IMG/VR virus record: IMGVR_UViG_3300013126_000014
Location: 32,001 to 96,000 of that record
Reading direction: 5' to 3' (one strand)
Origin: a virus
Length of the DNA stretch: 64,000 bases
Positions 7,763 through 17,773 of this stretch are shown here, piece after piece; positions within the stretch are counted from its first letter, which is position 1; every line of letters starts with the position of its first letter. Position numbers and translations under genes: made by a program. The notes below the pieces were generated by a model. The model ran no database searches. It saw only the letters and a program-made list of their open reading frames with translations, and was not told the DNA's origin.

Positions 7763-8315
7763 ATATCGTTGTAAAGATGTAGTTTTTCATTTCAACAAAA
7801 AGCACTTAGAAGATTCCTCTGTACCTATGTGGGTACTCAAAAGCCATGGTGTTACATTTTACGTTAATCATGTAGACGCTAACATACCGTGGACAACAAA
7901 AGAAACTCCAGATAATCCAAGCACTAAAGGCAGTTTAAAGTTTAAAGACTGTAAGCTCGGTATTGACCGAGACAATAACGCTACACTTAGTAAGTTGGGC
8001 ATATTAGATAAACGTTTACCGCATCCGTTTATTGCTAATCGCGTCATTGCTAGTCGTAACAGTCAGTTCTACGTAGCACTTAAGACCGACGAATTCCAGC
8101 ACAGCGAAATCAAGTATGTTAGCGGCGGCTGTGGTAGCAGTTTCGTTATCTGTGATCTATTAGATAAGAATGAAGCCCTACTTGCGGCACTAAAGTACGC
8201 TGGACAGTTCAGGATGTTAACTCCAAATGAAAAGTATTACTTTGATTATGATACCGCTGAGATCATTTATGAGTATGATGACGAGGATCTAAACAATGAT
8301 GACGATTTGTATTAA
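7749..8315 (+). CDS. Hypothetical late protein with an in-frame amber at codon 3 (188 aa if read through; the ORF track starts it at 7827)
   Basis: TAAATA 7722-7727, AAAGGA 7735-7740, then ATG TTA TAG ATT GAA TAT CGT TGT..., open and in frame with ATG 7827, which has no clear SD. Confidence 0.7.
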
Positions 8316-8472
8316 GCATAACGAACTACGTGAGTTTCAGCATATAGTCAAGGAGCATAATATTAAGCATGGCCCGTTTCGTAAAGACTACAAGGGATAT
8401 ACTATAGACATATTAGAAGCGGGTCCGACTGAAACTTACTTTAGATTAAAATATGCTGAATTGACAAATTGA
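8296..8472 (+). CDS. Small hypothetical protein (58 aa, below the ORF-track cutoff)
   Basis: GAGGA SD at 8283-8287; MMTICIKHNELREFQ...RLKYAELTN*. Confidence 0.65.
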   Translation: MMTICIKHNELREFQHIVKEHNIKHGPFRKDYKGYTIDILEAGPTETYFRLKYAELTN

Positions 8473-8489
8473 TTATTTGATAGTATAAT
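8461..8489 (+). promoter_or_regulatory. Consensus sigma70 promoter
   Basis: TTGACA-17 nt-TATAAT, exact consensus. Confidence 0.9.
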
Positions 8490-8518
8490 TGCGTTTCATT
8501 ATCTATAAGGAGTTAACT

Positions 8519-8833
8519 ATGACTTGGTATGTTGCAAAATACAAAAGTGTTAAACCTGCTTTTAGAGGTGGAGAAACTAACTACAATAAAATTAACGCTA
8601 CAAAGAAATATGTAGAATACTTTTTAGACATACAAGAAATGAATGCACTGCTTGTTGTTACTAAAAGTTTTGACGTTAAAATGGATTTACTTTATTGTTT
8701 AGATCGGGCAGAAAGTAAGAAACAATGGCACTTTAGACATCCTAACTTTGACAGAGATGATGCTAATACAATTTTGCAGTTAGTTAGAAACATTCCGTTT
8801 AAAAGTACTGTGGATTATACTGAAAAATACTAG
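8519..8833 (+). CDS. Hypothetical early protein (104 aa)
   Basis: Start moved to ATG 8519, which follows AAGGAG and lies downstream of the sigma70 promoter; ends in TAG. Confidence 0.75.
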   Translation: MTWYVAKYKSVKPAFRGGETNYNKINATKKYVEYFLDIQEMNALLVVTKSFDVKMDLLYCLDRAESKKQWHFRHPNFDRDDANTILQLVRNIPFKSTVDYTEKY

Positions 8834-8836
8834 CCT

Positions 8837-8866
8837 ACAAAAAAGCCCCGCAAGGGGCTTTTTTGT
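8837..8866. terminator. Bidirectional intrinsic terminator
   Basis: ACAAAAAAGCCCC-gcaa-GGGGCTTTTTTGT between convergent genes, including the capsid gene. Confidence 0.92.
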
Positions 8867-8889
8867 TTTCATATCCTTTAAGATAAATC

Positions 8890-10062
8890 TTATTGGAATG
8901 ATAGGTTAGATACAGCGATTTCTTCTAAGTAGTCAGCTGCGTTACCTAGAGATGAAGCAGTGTTGCTTAACTCTACATAACCGTAACGTGTCATAAAGCC
9001 TACTACTGGTTCGAAAGTAGCTGGATCAAGAACAACACCACTGCTCATTAATGGTACGTATGGGCAGTAGAATGCTGCAGCGTCAGCTTCGCTAGAACCT
9101 TTGTAACCTACTAATACTGGTTTGTCGTCGGCAGCATAGCCGTCAACATAAACACGCATAGCACCGTTTAAAGTACCAACGAATTTAGTATTTGTAGGAG
9201 CTTCGAAAGTACCTTCTGTGCTACGAGCAAAAGCTGAAGTAGTTGCAGATTGAAGTACTGTTAAAGCAGCTGGACTTACAACTGCCCAGTTACCTGCGCC
9301 ACGACGTGTACGTTGAGCGATTAAGTTAGCTGCGCGGTTAATTAAAACAGCAAGAGCAGCGTGCTCGTCACCAACGAATGTAGCAGTACCAGATACTGTA
9401 GCTTGGTTGTATGTGTATGTTTGACCTGCTAAAGCACGTAATGATGAAAGGATCTCTTGATCGATTTCAACAGTAATTTCTTGTGCTAAAGCTGCCATGA
9501 TTTCAGCTTCAACATCTAAACCGTGCATAGATTGAGCATCTTGAGCTGCCTCAAATGTCCAACGTGCGCTTAGTTTACGTGTTTTAGCTTCAACAACTTG
9601 TTTCAAGATTTGAACGTTGATACGGTTGCCTGGAACACCTTCTAGTGTGCTAGTTGAACTAGCTTTACCAGCTGAAGTACCAGAGTAAGCAGTAGCAATC
9701 TTGAATGGGCTTAGTGCTTCATCACCAGCATATACTTGGTCGCCATCAGTAACAGCACCGCTGTTGTCTGCGTAACGTACACGTAATGTGTGGATTTGAG
9801 CCACTGGGCCAGTCATTGGTTGTACGCCAACGATTTCGTTAGCGATAACTGTTGGCATTACACGACGAATCACTGGAAGGATTACGCGGTTTAATGTTGC
9901 TACGTTACCTACTGCTGTAGCACCACTAGTTGCAGTTTCCATCAAATGCTTCTTAGTGTTTTCTAAAATTACAGCCATTGTTGTGCGTTTAGCACCTTGT
10001 AGACCTTCTAACAGGGCGTCTTTGGTCTCATTCCAACGGCCTTCTAATAGTTGGGTTGTCAT
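8890..10062 (-). CDS. gp23: Major capsid protein, T4 gp23-like
   Basis: IVGVQPMTGP, VEAKTRKLSARWTFEAAQD, AFYCPYVPL, GFMTRYG motifs; possible L-M-E maturation site near residue 42. Confidence 0.96.
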   Translation of the reverse strand: MTTQLLEGRWNETKDALLEGLQGAKRTTMAVILENTKKHLMETATSGATAVGNVATLNRVILPVIRRVMPTVIANEIVGVQPMTGPVAQIHTLRVRYADNSGAVTDGDQVYAGDEALSPFKIATAYSGTSAGKASSTSTLEGVPGNRINVQILKQVVEAKTRKLSARWTFEAAQDAQSMHGLDVEAEIMAALAQEITVEIDQEILSSLRALAGQTYTYNQATVSGTATFVGDEHAALAVLINRAANLIAQRTRRGAGNWAVVSPAALTVLQSATTSAFARSTEGTFEAPTNTKFVGTLNGAMRVYVDGYAADDKPVLVGYKGSSEADAAAFYCPYVPLMSSGVVLDPATFEPVVGFMTRYGYVELSNTASSLGNAADYLEEIAVSNLSFQ

Positions 10063-10096
10063 TTTATATTTCTTCCTTTTATAAAAGTTTTTACTA

Positions 10097-11191
10097 CTAT
10101 TTTAGCCCTGCTAAACGTCTTAGTTCGATAACGTTGCTATCGGATTCGACGTCAGTTTTAGCAGATTTATCACCAGTTACTTCTTTACGGCTTTCAGCAA
10201 TCATCACTTTTTCAGCTTTGGCTGCCGGAGCATTGTTTAGAACAGCTGGTAGATACTTGTCGTATGCAGTTTGTAGTCTTTCTGTCTGCACACCCTCGAG
10301 TAAGCTAGCCATTACAGTTGCTTTCTCTTTATTTAATGTACTTAGCAATCCATTAAGTGTCTCTTTACGAGTAGCACTTTCTGTAATTACTCGAACTTCA
10401 CGTTCTTTAGACTCAACAAGAGCCTCTTTTTCAGCAATTACTTTTTTACTTTCAGCCAATGCTTGGTCTTTATCAGCAATAGTAGCTTGAAGTTTAGCAA
10501 TTTCTTTGTTCTCATTTAAGTGAGTAACAGCAAATTCGCTAGCAAATGCTTCAAATAGGCGACGACCAAACATGTTCTCGCGAGCAGTTTGGATATCTTC
10601 TTTAAGTTGAGCTAGTTCTGTGCCTAGATTCGTTGCTACTGATTCTTTAACAAGTTTAGCACTGCGAGTAATAAAGTCTTGTTGTAATTGAGCTAATTTA
10701 TCTTTAGCTTCAGCTACAAGTTTAACTTTAGTTTCGACTACAGCACGTTTATCTTGTTCAAACTCTTTGATTTCCTCAGCTAGCGCATGGATAACAAATT
10801 TCTCAAGTTTAGCAGTTGCTTCTTGTTGAACTTTGCGATCTACACGTAGTTCTTGGATTTCTTCGGCAAGTTTTTTAACCATAAAGTTATTAAACTTACC
10901 AGCAGATTCGACCATGTGTTGTTTAAACTTCACACGATCTTCTGCTAGAGCTTGTTTCTCTTCGGCGAACTCTTTAAGTTCGGCGGTAAGACTTTCAGTA
11001 ACCATCTTGTCTAGAGCTTCAACCATATTTTGTTTGTCATATTCGTAGCGACGAGCAAACTCTTCACGCAATTCAGCGCGAACAGATTCACGTGCTTCAT
11101 TAACTTGAGTTTCCCATGCTTCTGTAATAGCAGCTTGAGTCTCTTCGTTAATAATGCCACTTTCTAACAATGGTTTGATAGCATCTAACAT
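10097..11191 (-). CDS. gp22: Prohead core/scaffold protein, gp22-like
   Basis: E/K/A-rich coiled coil between protease and capsid genes; ends TAG TAG TAA. Confidence 0.85.
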   Translation of the reverse strand: MLDAIKPLLESGIINEETQAAITEAWETQVNEARESVRAELREEFARRYEYDKQNMVEALDKMVTESLTAELKEFAEEKQALAEDRVKFKQHMVESAGKFNNFMVKKLAEEIQELRVDRKVQQEATAKLEKFVIHALAEEIKEFEQDKRAVVETKVKLVAEAKDKLAQLQQDFITRSAKLVKESVATNLGTELAQLKEDIQTARENMFGRRLFEAFASEFAVTHLNENKEIAKLQATIADKDQALAESKKVIAEKEALVESKEREVRVITESATRKETLNGLLSTLNKEKATVMASLLEGVQTERLQTAYDKYLPAVLNNAPAAKAEKVMIAESRKEVTGDKSAKTDVESDSNVIELRRLAGLK

Positions 11192-11200
11192 TGTGATCTC

Positions 11201-11839
11201 CTATTTAATTTTTAGATCTTTGATCAAGCGTGTTACTTGCTCTTTCAAATACTTCTGTACTCTTTGATCTGCGCCGGCCTCTTTGGCCATTTCGAATACC
11301 TTGGCACCGCCCTTCATATTCATCAGTCCTTCGTAAATCGCTGTTGGATACGCATTTGGTGCGCTAGGTTGCGCAACTACATCAACTGTGACAATTTCAA
11401 AATCGCTCACGCGACCATCACCTTCAACGTTACCACTGCCACGACTGCTAACGCCTAGTTTTACACCTGACTCTAACATAGTCTGTACTAATTGACCCAT
11501 CGGAGTAGGTAAAATCTTTAATTTACCAAAGCCATTAGGACCATCCATCCACATATCAGTAATCATGTGACTTACACGGTCTAGGTTAATTTTCAAATCA
11601 TCAGGGTGATCCACTTCGCCTAAAACGCTGTAGCCACCTTTAATTTGTTCATTAATTTGACTAACAGCTTTAGTGATCTCGTTTACCGGATACACACGTT
11701 CATTGTGATTTTTAACACCACCTTGAATGAATATACCTTTCATGTAACATGACTTGCTTTTGCCATCAGTTGAATCTTCTGTAAGAATCTCCATTCTGGC
11801 AGCATCGTATGTCAAGTTTTCTTTAAGATATAAAGCCAT
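11201..11839 (-). CDS. gp21: Prohead protease, gp21-like
   Basis: GIFIQ...NHNERVYP, LGEVDHP, GVSSRGSG, DVVAQPSAPNAY motifs. Confidence 0.95.
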   Translation of the reverse strand: MALYLKENLTYDAARMEILTEDSTDGKSKSCYMKGIFIQGGVKNHNERVYPVNEITKAVSQINEQIKGGYSVLGEVDHPDDLKINLDRVSHMITDMWMDGPNGFGKLKILPTPMGQLVQTMLESGVKLGVSSRGSGNVEGDGRVSDFEIVTVDVVAQPSAPNAYPTAIYEGLMNMKGGAKVFEMAKEAGADQRVQKYLKEQVTRLIKDLKIK

Positions 11840-11851
11840 TGCCTTTTCCTA

Positions 11852-12607
11852 TTATTCAGCTGTTTTAGCTTTTGGTGCAGCACTTAGTGATTTAGAACCA
11901 CCTGCTGTGTTTTGTACTTTACCAATTAGGTCGCCTTTTTTGCTAGCTGGAGCAACATCAGCACCTGCTTGACCTTGATTTAAGTTTTTCGCTGAGCCGC
12001 CCATGTCATTTTTACCAGCTACAGTTGATTTAGCATTAACGCTAGCATTTTTACCAGCACCTACTTCACCACCTTCACTTTTTTGGCCTTGGTCAGCAAC
12101 TTTTTCTACATATTCACGAACAATAGTTTCATCTAACTCTTCTTCGTCTTCTTCAGCTTCAAAAACTTCTTCTTCGGCGCCAACTTCTTCAGCACCTTCA
12201 TCGCCGTGGATACCTGGATAAACTTCTTCTTCGTGTTCTTCACCTGCCATTAAAGCATCAAATTCAGCTTTAAGTTCGTCAAGTGCATCTTCTAAAGAAT
12301 CTACACGTTCTTCAACATCACCGTGATGTTCTTCGTGCTCGTCTTCGTCACCACTATTATCAAAGTCCATATCAGAATCAGCTTCAACTTCCTCTGCTTC
12401 TTCCTCACTTAGACCTTCTTCGTCGCAGGTAACTTCGTCTACTAGTTCTTCAACTTCGTTGCCGCCAACTTCGTTTAAATCTTCTTCGTCGATAAGGCTT
12501 TCATAAATGTCGCGTGATTTTTCAACAACAATGTTGTGGAACAAGTCACGAGCCTTGTCTGTTTCATCATTAATGATGTGTTCAATTAACTGTTCGTATT
12601 TGTTCAT
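11852..12607 (-). CDS. Acidic prohead core/internal protein
   Basis: Very D/E-rich 251 aa between portal and protease (the gp67/68 position); AAGGAG SD; TAAATA at 12676-12671. Confidence 0.65.
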   Translation of the reverse strand: MNKYEQLIEHIINDETDKARDLFHNIVVEKSRDIYESLIDEEDLNEVGGNEVEELVDEVTCDEEGLSEEEAEEVEADSDMDFDNSGDEDEHEEHHGDVEERVDSLEDALDELKAEFDALMAGEEHEEEVYPGIHGDEGAEEVGAEEEVFEAEEDEEELDETIVREYVEKVADQGQKSEGGEVGAGKNASVNAKSTVAGKNDMGGSAKNLNQGQAGADVAPASKKGDLIGKVQNTAGGSKSLSAAPKAKTAE

Positions 12608-12734
12608 GTGAACTCCTTAATATTAAGTTGTATAATTGATATACAAGTTATAGATATATCTTTGTAATGTTATTTACAATTTAGTTATAAAAATTAGGTT
12701 AAATGCGCTGTTTTTGATTCAAAATGGGAGATAA

Positions 12735-12956
12735 TTACGGGCCTTCGGTAGGTTCTGTAGGGGGTGCATATTGTTTTTGTACTTGTTCAAGTTCTTGTTC
12801 GTATTCAAGTTTACGTACATCATTCATAATACGCAAACGATTTAATTGTGCTAATGTTAATTTTGTTTTGCGGACATCGCCAAGTTTCACAGTAGTATTA
12901 TCATCTGTTTCTGTACGGTACCCAGGCAAATCTTCAAAGAATTCTAATAGTTTCAT
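12735..12956 (-). CDS. Small head-module protein
   Basis: MKLLEFF...RKTKLTLAQLNRLRIMNDVR; ATG 5 nt after TAAATA. Confidence 0.7.
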   Translation of the reverse strand: MKLLEFFEDLPGYRTETDDNTTVKLGDVRKTKLTLAQLNRLRIMNDVRKLEYEQELEQVQKQYAPPTEPTEGP

Positions 12957-12976
12957 ACGAGTATTTACCAAAATGT

Positions 12977-14728
12977 TTAAATTTCGCCTGCGGGTGCAGT
13001 ACTACCAACCGGACTAGGTGTTGCTTTAGGGGCCGTACCTGCTGAGCCTGCAGCGCCTGCGGCAATTGACCCTAATTGTCCTTCACCTTCTCCGGCGCCA
13101 CCTTTTGGTGTCGTTGGTTCAGGTGTTGCTACATTTTCTAAATCTGATTCAATTGCACCCGGTGTTACTCCAACTGCACGTAACCCAGTGTCTGGCGATT
13201 TAGCACTAGACTGCTCTGCATGTTCTTGATTCCACAATTCTGTATTGCGTGCCATTTCCTCTTCGCTCAGATCTAAATATCGTTCCATCAAGAAACGTTT
13301 ACTAAAATAAGGTAACTGCTCAAGTGCGCCGAACGAATTGATTCTCGATGTGTCAATTTCTGCCTGACGATACTTGGCAAAGTTCTGCGGTTCGTTAAAT
13401 CGCAATTCAAACAAGTTACCATCAATATTAATACCTCTCCAACGCATAAACATTTTAAATTCAGAATCTAATTTTTCAACAATTAAGTTCTGTAACCGTT
13501 TACAATATTGGTTAAATCGCCATTCTTGAATTAACGCAGTTGTGGTACGCCCGTCATTGTAAGCATGACTCCCGTCTTCTTCTCCTGTGGGCAAATAACT
13601 AGTTGGTATTTGCAATCCGCGGAATAATTTGTTTGTGAAATAGCGAAGGTCGGTTATCTCGCCTAAATTAGTACCGCCGGGCAATGTATCAACTTTCGAA
13701 CCGCGCCCGTCTGCTGTAACTGGAAAGAAATAATCTTCGTTAGTCGAAAGTGGATTGTAAGTAGCGTCCATCATATTTTGGCCGCCGCCTGTTTGCGTAG
13801 GTATGCGTCGTTGGTGGATTTCGTTCTTAATACGTTCAACAAATGCCATAGCCATGTGTGTTGGCATATTACCCACATCGATAGTAAATACTCGGCGCTC
13901 CGGTGCACGCTGTATACGATAAATGATAATAGCATCTTCAAGTAATTCTTTCTGTTTAAAAACTTTAAATACACTTTCTAAGATACTGTTACCAAAAGGC
14001 CAATTGATATCCAACCCTTCTGTCAGGCTAATATGTACAATATGTTCCGCATTAATCACGGCTTCGTTTTGCGCATGGCTAAATCTTGATCCACCGTTAA
14101 ATGGTGCGTTAGGTTGTATATAGGCGCCGCTTGGACCCCCTACCTGAGGATGATTTGCATATGTATCTGTGGCGCTGACCGCTGTAGCGGTTAAATTTTG
14201 AAAGTTAATGTTAAGATCTTTAATTAAATATTGCTCGGGTTCTTTGCCTTTTGCTTCATTAACGATAACTTTAGTAACTTTGTGCATCTCAGTCCAGTAC
14301 ATTTCAAACGTTTCGGGGTCTCGTAAAAACACTTGATCGCCGTACTTCAATACGTTGCGCACCAACTTAAACAATCGTTTGTTAAATTTGTTCAATGTTA
14401 CCCATTGTAACAATTGATCTTTAAGTATTTTAATTTCGTTGTCTGTGGGGTCATCTCTAAAATAAAGATCAAATCCTGTACCGTTTTCTACATTTGATTG
14501 AGTCATAAACTCAGCAATAATGTCTAGTGCAGCGTTAATTTCACTATCCATATCCATTTGTTCGTATTGGTTGTATCGCTCAACACGATTTGGATGGCCA
14601 ATATACACTTCAGGTAACTGGCTAGCAAAATTGCGATAGCCCATGTCAGTAGAGCTGTTATTTGCGCCGCTAATAGGACTCATTTGTCCGCTAGTATTTG
14701 CTGTCTTAAAGTACTTTTTCCATGCCAT
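12977..14728 (-). CDS. gp20: Portal vertex protein, gp20-like
   Basis: LLEDAIIIYRIQRAPERRVFTIDVGNMP, EDYFFP, TLPGGTNLGEITDLRYF motifs. Confidence 0.96.
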   Translation of the reverse strand: MAWKKYFKTANTSGQMSPISGANNSSTDMGYRNFASQLPEVYIGHPNRVERYNQYEQMDMDSEINAALDIIAEFMTQSNVENGTGFDLYFRDDPTDNEIKILKDQLLQWVTLNKFNKRLFKLVRNVLKYGDQVFLRDPETFEMYWTEMHKVTKVIVNEAKGKEPEQYLIKDLNINFQNLTATAVSATDTYANHPQVGGPSGAYIQPNAPFNGGSRFSHAQNEAVINAEHIVHISLTEGLDINWPFGNSILESVFKVFKQKELLEDAIIIYRIQRAPERRVFTIDVGNMPTHMAMAFVERIKNEIHQRRIPTQTGGGQNMMDATYNPLSTNEDYFFPVTADGRGSKVDTLPGGTNLGEITDLRYFTNKLFRGLQIPTSYLPTGEEDGSHAYNDGRTTTALIQEWRFNQYCKRLQNLIVEKLDSEFKMFMRWRGINIDGNLFELRFNEPQNFAKYRQAEIDTSRINSFGALEQLPYFSKRFLMERYLDLSEEEMARNTELWNQEHAEQSSAKSPDTGLRAVGVTPGAIESDLENVATPEPTTPKGGAGEGEGQLGSIAAGAAGSAGTAPKATPSPVGSTAPAGEI

Positions 14729-14762
14729 ATTATGAGATCTCTTAGATAGTGTATTTAACCTT

Positions 14763-16868
14763 TTACATCGTGTGTTTTAATATTCCTGAGCTAATAGTAT
14801 TAGACTCTTTCATAGCCGATAGTATATTCTGTAACAGAGAATTATTTCTTTCTATTGAGTTTGTTAAAGCACTACTATCTAGCGAAACTGGTATTGTTCG
14901 ATTATCCGGTAGTGGCACTACTGCTTCGGTTCCGTGCAGTACTTCACCATACCCGCTGATAGGTCCGCTACTAATTCCGCCTTTTGCTTTACCTGTTGGT
15001 ATACCTACTGTAGGTGATGCAGCAGCTCCGAGCGTATTAAAATATTGTTCCCAAAATCCAACTTTGTTGCCTTCAACTGTCTTTCCGGTTAATGCTTTAG
15101 CATACATCTCCTTTGAAGGTCCTGTAAGCGATGAAACAATTTTTTGATCTTCGGATGTTTGCCCATTTATTAATCCCAATTCAATCAATTTGTCTCGAAA
15201 TCCAGCGAGTATTTCCGGTACATCGCTTGCAAATTTCTTCATTGGTCCAGTTAACATGTCTTGGATTCCAATTTTCATTTGTTGTAGAGCAACTACGCTT
15301 TCATTAATTGCACCAGTAAAATCATCATTGGTGTTAGTAGCATCTTCAGTATTTTTAATGCCTTTGCGCAGAGTATCAGAATTTAATTTCATTGTTTGCA
15401 TTAGCGTTTCGCTTGAAATACGTTGTATATCTGCAAATTCATCAGTTGCAGCGTTAGCTTGGCCAATAGCCATTAGTGATCTGTTCCCACCTCGTTGGAA
15501 CTCGTCTCCAAATCTAGCAAACGGTGTTACTATACCTTCTATGGTTTTTCCGCCCTGTTTGATTGCAGCAGCCGTAGCAATAGCAGGCTCTGCTAGCCCA
15601 GTGATATTAGCCGCAACATCCGGAACAACTCCATTAAGTACGTATGCTTGTTTGACAAATCTCTGCTGGTCGGCAGTCATTAATGACAGTGCAGCCTGTA
15701 CACGTTTAACAAGACCTGGATCATTTTGATCTTTAGCCTGTTGCATCAGCATACTCATAAAGTTATAGTCTTCAGTGGCGGCTTTAGCCTGTGCTATACG
15801 TTTACGTGCATCTTCACCGGTTATATTGCTAATCAATTTTAAGTTTTTTGCATATTCTGCTGTTGCTGATGCAATTTCTGCATTAGTTGCCCTAGCCCCA
15901 GTTCGTTTTAGATCAGAGATAATATCAATAGTCAATGCTGTTTGTTCTTCTATGCTATAACCCAACGAAAGCATTTCGTCTCTGAGAGTTTTTCCGCTAG
16001 TGCCCACTTGTTTAGTAAACAGCCCAGTGACACTACCCAACTTAGACGCTGCAGAAGTCATGGTTAACCCAGACTGGGCTAATATATCTGCATTGTCTGC
16101 AATAACCTTAGTGAATTGCTCTTGCGTTAATCCTGCCATACTCGATGTAGCTCGTAACTCTGTCAACCCATTGGCAAATAAAACTCCTGCACTAGTTGCC
16201 TGTTTAAAGCTATCGTAGGACTTTTCTACTTCTTTGCTTAATATTTCAGTTTTAAATTTTAAAAGCTCAGTACTTTTACTTGATACAAAATCAAGTATAC
16301 CCCCAGATAACATCAACAACGCACCCGCAACTTTGCTCGCAGGTGTAGGAATGGCCATTAGTGCTGCGCCAGTTGATTCCATACCACTGGCGGCTTTTTT
16401 ACTAGTCTGCGCTATACTATCATACATAGCGATTTGTAAATCTGCTGCAACTTTAAATGGACTATCACTGCCCAATGCGCTTTGTACACCTATTTTTAAT
16501 TGATTTATATAATAATTGGCAAATCCCTGCAATAAAGTAGTACCAAGTTTGCGTGCGCCGTCACTAATATTTGCCACGTATGCTTCTCTTGCCTGTGCTT
16601 CAATTCGATCAAGTGCGGCTTTCTTTTTAACTGAATCCTGTTGAAATTCTACAGAATCTTCTATCGCATCTTTGAGATTTTCTAACTCAGGTCCTATATC
16701 TTTGAGCTTTCGACTACCTCTATTGAGAGATTTATCAAGATTGGCAAATTGCTCAACTATACTTTTGATACTCCGACTAGCGAATTTGTCAAGTTGCAGG
16801 CCAGATTGCTTAAGCAGTTCGTTAAATTTGGCGAGTTCGTCGTTTGAATCATTAATAATATCAGACAT
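14763..16868 (-). CDS. Tail tape-measure-like protein (701 aa)
   Basis: Helical A/S/K-rich protein with C-terminal AKGGISSGP..GY...LHGTEAVVPL motif; perfect TATAAATA at 16912-16905. Confidence 0.7.
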   Translation of the reverse strand: MSDIINDSNDELAKFNELLKQSGLQLDKFASRSIKSIVEQFANLDKSLNRGSRKLKDIGPELENLKDAIEDSVEFQQDSVKKKAALDRIEAQAREAYVANISDGARKLGTTLLQGFANYYINQLKIGVQSALGSDSPFKVAADLQIAMYDSIAQTSKKAASGMESTGAALMAIPTPASKVAGALLMLSGGILDFVSSKSTELLKFKTEILSKEVEKSYDSFKQATSAGVLFANGLTELRATSSMAGLTQEQFTKVIADNADILAQSGLTMTSAASKLGSVTGLFTKQVGTSGKTLRDEMLSLGYSIEEQTALTIDIISDLKRTGARATNAEIASATAEYAKNLKLISNITGEDARKRIAQAKAATEDYNFMSMLMQQAKDQNDPGLVKRVQAALSLMTADQQRFVKQAYVLNGVVPDVAANITGLAEPAIATAAAIKQGGKTIEGIVTPFARFGDEFQRGGNRSLMAIGQANAATDEFADIQRISSETLMQTMKLNSDTLRKGIKNTEDATNTNDDFTGAINESVVALQQMKIGIQDMLTGPMKKFASDVPEILAGFRDKLIELGLINGQTSEDQKIVSSLTGPSKEMYAKALTGKTVEGNKVGFWEQYFNTLGAAASPTVGIPTGKAKGGISSGPISGYGEVLHGTEAVVPLPDNRTIPVSLDSSALTNSIERNNSLLQNILSAMKESNTISSGILKHTM

Positions 16869-16881
16869 GGTTTTAGCTCAA

Positions 16882-16912
16882 TAAATAATAAGGTATATCA
16901 ATTATATTTATA
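16882..16912. promoter_or_regulatory. Face-to-face late promoters for the divergent tape measure and gp26-like genes
   Basis: TAAATA (+) at 16882-16887 and TATAAATA (-) at 16912-16905. Confidence 0.7.
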
Positions 16913-16924
16913 GGATTCAAATCC

Positions 16925-17773
16925 ATGTCTGTAAACAATATTAACCCATTGGTTAAACATTTCCGCCAACCAGCAATTTATTTTAGCTTACCTAGCCAGG
17001 GAAATTTTTGGCCCGAAGGATCGCTGGAACTTCCAGTCACCGGTGAAATTCCAATTTATCCAATGACTGCCAAAGATGAAATTATATTACGCACCCCAGA
17101 TGCACTATTAAATGGGCAAGGGGTAGTTGATGTTATACATAGCTGTTGTCCAAACATTAAAGATGCATGGTCTATGCCTAGCATCGATGTTGACCCTGTG
17201 TTAATAGCGATTCGTATTGCCAGTTATGGTCCCGATATGGATTTTGATATAGAATGTCCTCATTGTAATCATACCCATAGTGTTTCAGTTACATTAAGTT
17301 CAGTGTTGGAGAAATTTGTACCTGGTGATTATACTAAAAAGATTAACACACACGAAATTACTATTAAATTAAAACCACATGCATATTTTAGCGTTAACAA
17401 AAGAAATCAAATATCGTTTGAAGAGCAGCGTATCCTTGATGCTATTGCAAACAGCGACTTAACTGACGAGCAAAAAACCGATGAATACAATAAACACTTG
17501 GCTAGAATCGTAGACCTTAATGTTGACATGTTAGTAAACAGTACTGACTACATCGAAACTACAGATGGTGCTGTGGTTAATCGGGCAGATTTTATTAAGG
17601 AATTTTATATCAATTGCACTAGCGAAATTGTTCATACTGTGCAAAAATCTATTGACAATATTTTAGAATCTTCGGGCCTAGCATCACAAGTAGGGGTTTG
17701 TCCTGGTTGCAAAAAAGAATACACTGTCCCAATTACTTTTGACTACGCAAATTTTTTCGGCAAAGGCTCTTGA
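16925..17773 (+). CDS. Baseplate hub assembly / tail assembly chaperone, gp26-like
   Basis: LPSQG...PMTAKDE, LIAIRIASYG, two CxxC pairs, C-terminal NFFG; divergent from the tape measure gene. Confidence 0.7.
   Translation: MSVNNINPLVKHFRQPAIYFSLPSQGNFWPEGSLELPVTGEIPIYPMTAKDEIILRTPDALLNGQGVVDVIHSCCPNIKDAWSMPSIDVDPVLIAIRIASYGPDMDFDIECPHCNHTHSVSVTLSSVLEKFVPGDYTKKINTHEITIKLKPHAYFSVNKRNQISFEEQRILDAIANSDLTDEQKTDEYNKHLARIVDLNVDMLVNSTDYIETTDGAVVNRADFIKEFYINCTSEIVHTVQKSIDNILESSGLASQVGVCPGCKKEYTVPITFDYANFFGKGS
17752..17758 (+). promoter_or_regulatory. Candidate -1 frameshift slippery heptamer T TTT TTC
   Basis: XXXYYYZ heptamer in the correct phase; the -1 frame is open from 17743 into ORF 17770..17988. 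Confidence 0.65.

Noticed and set aside
8489-8518. ORF-track TTG start at 8489 (also the extended starts at 12971, 20260, 24156, 25723 and 62547)
   Set aside because: These overlap promoters or upstream genes; downstream starts with an SD or stop-start coupling fit better.
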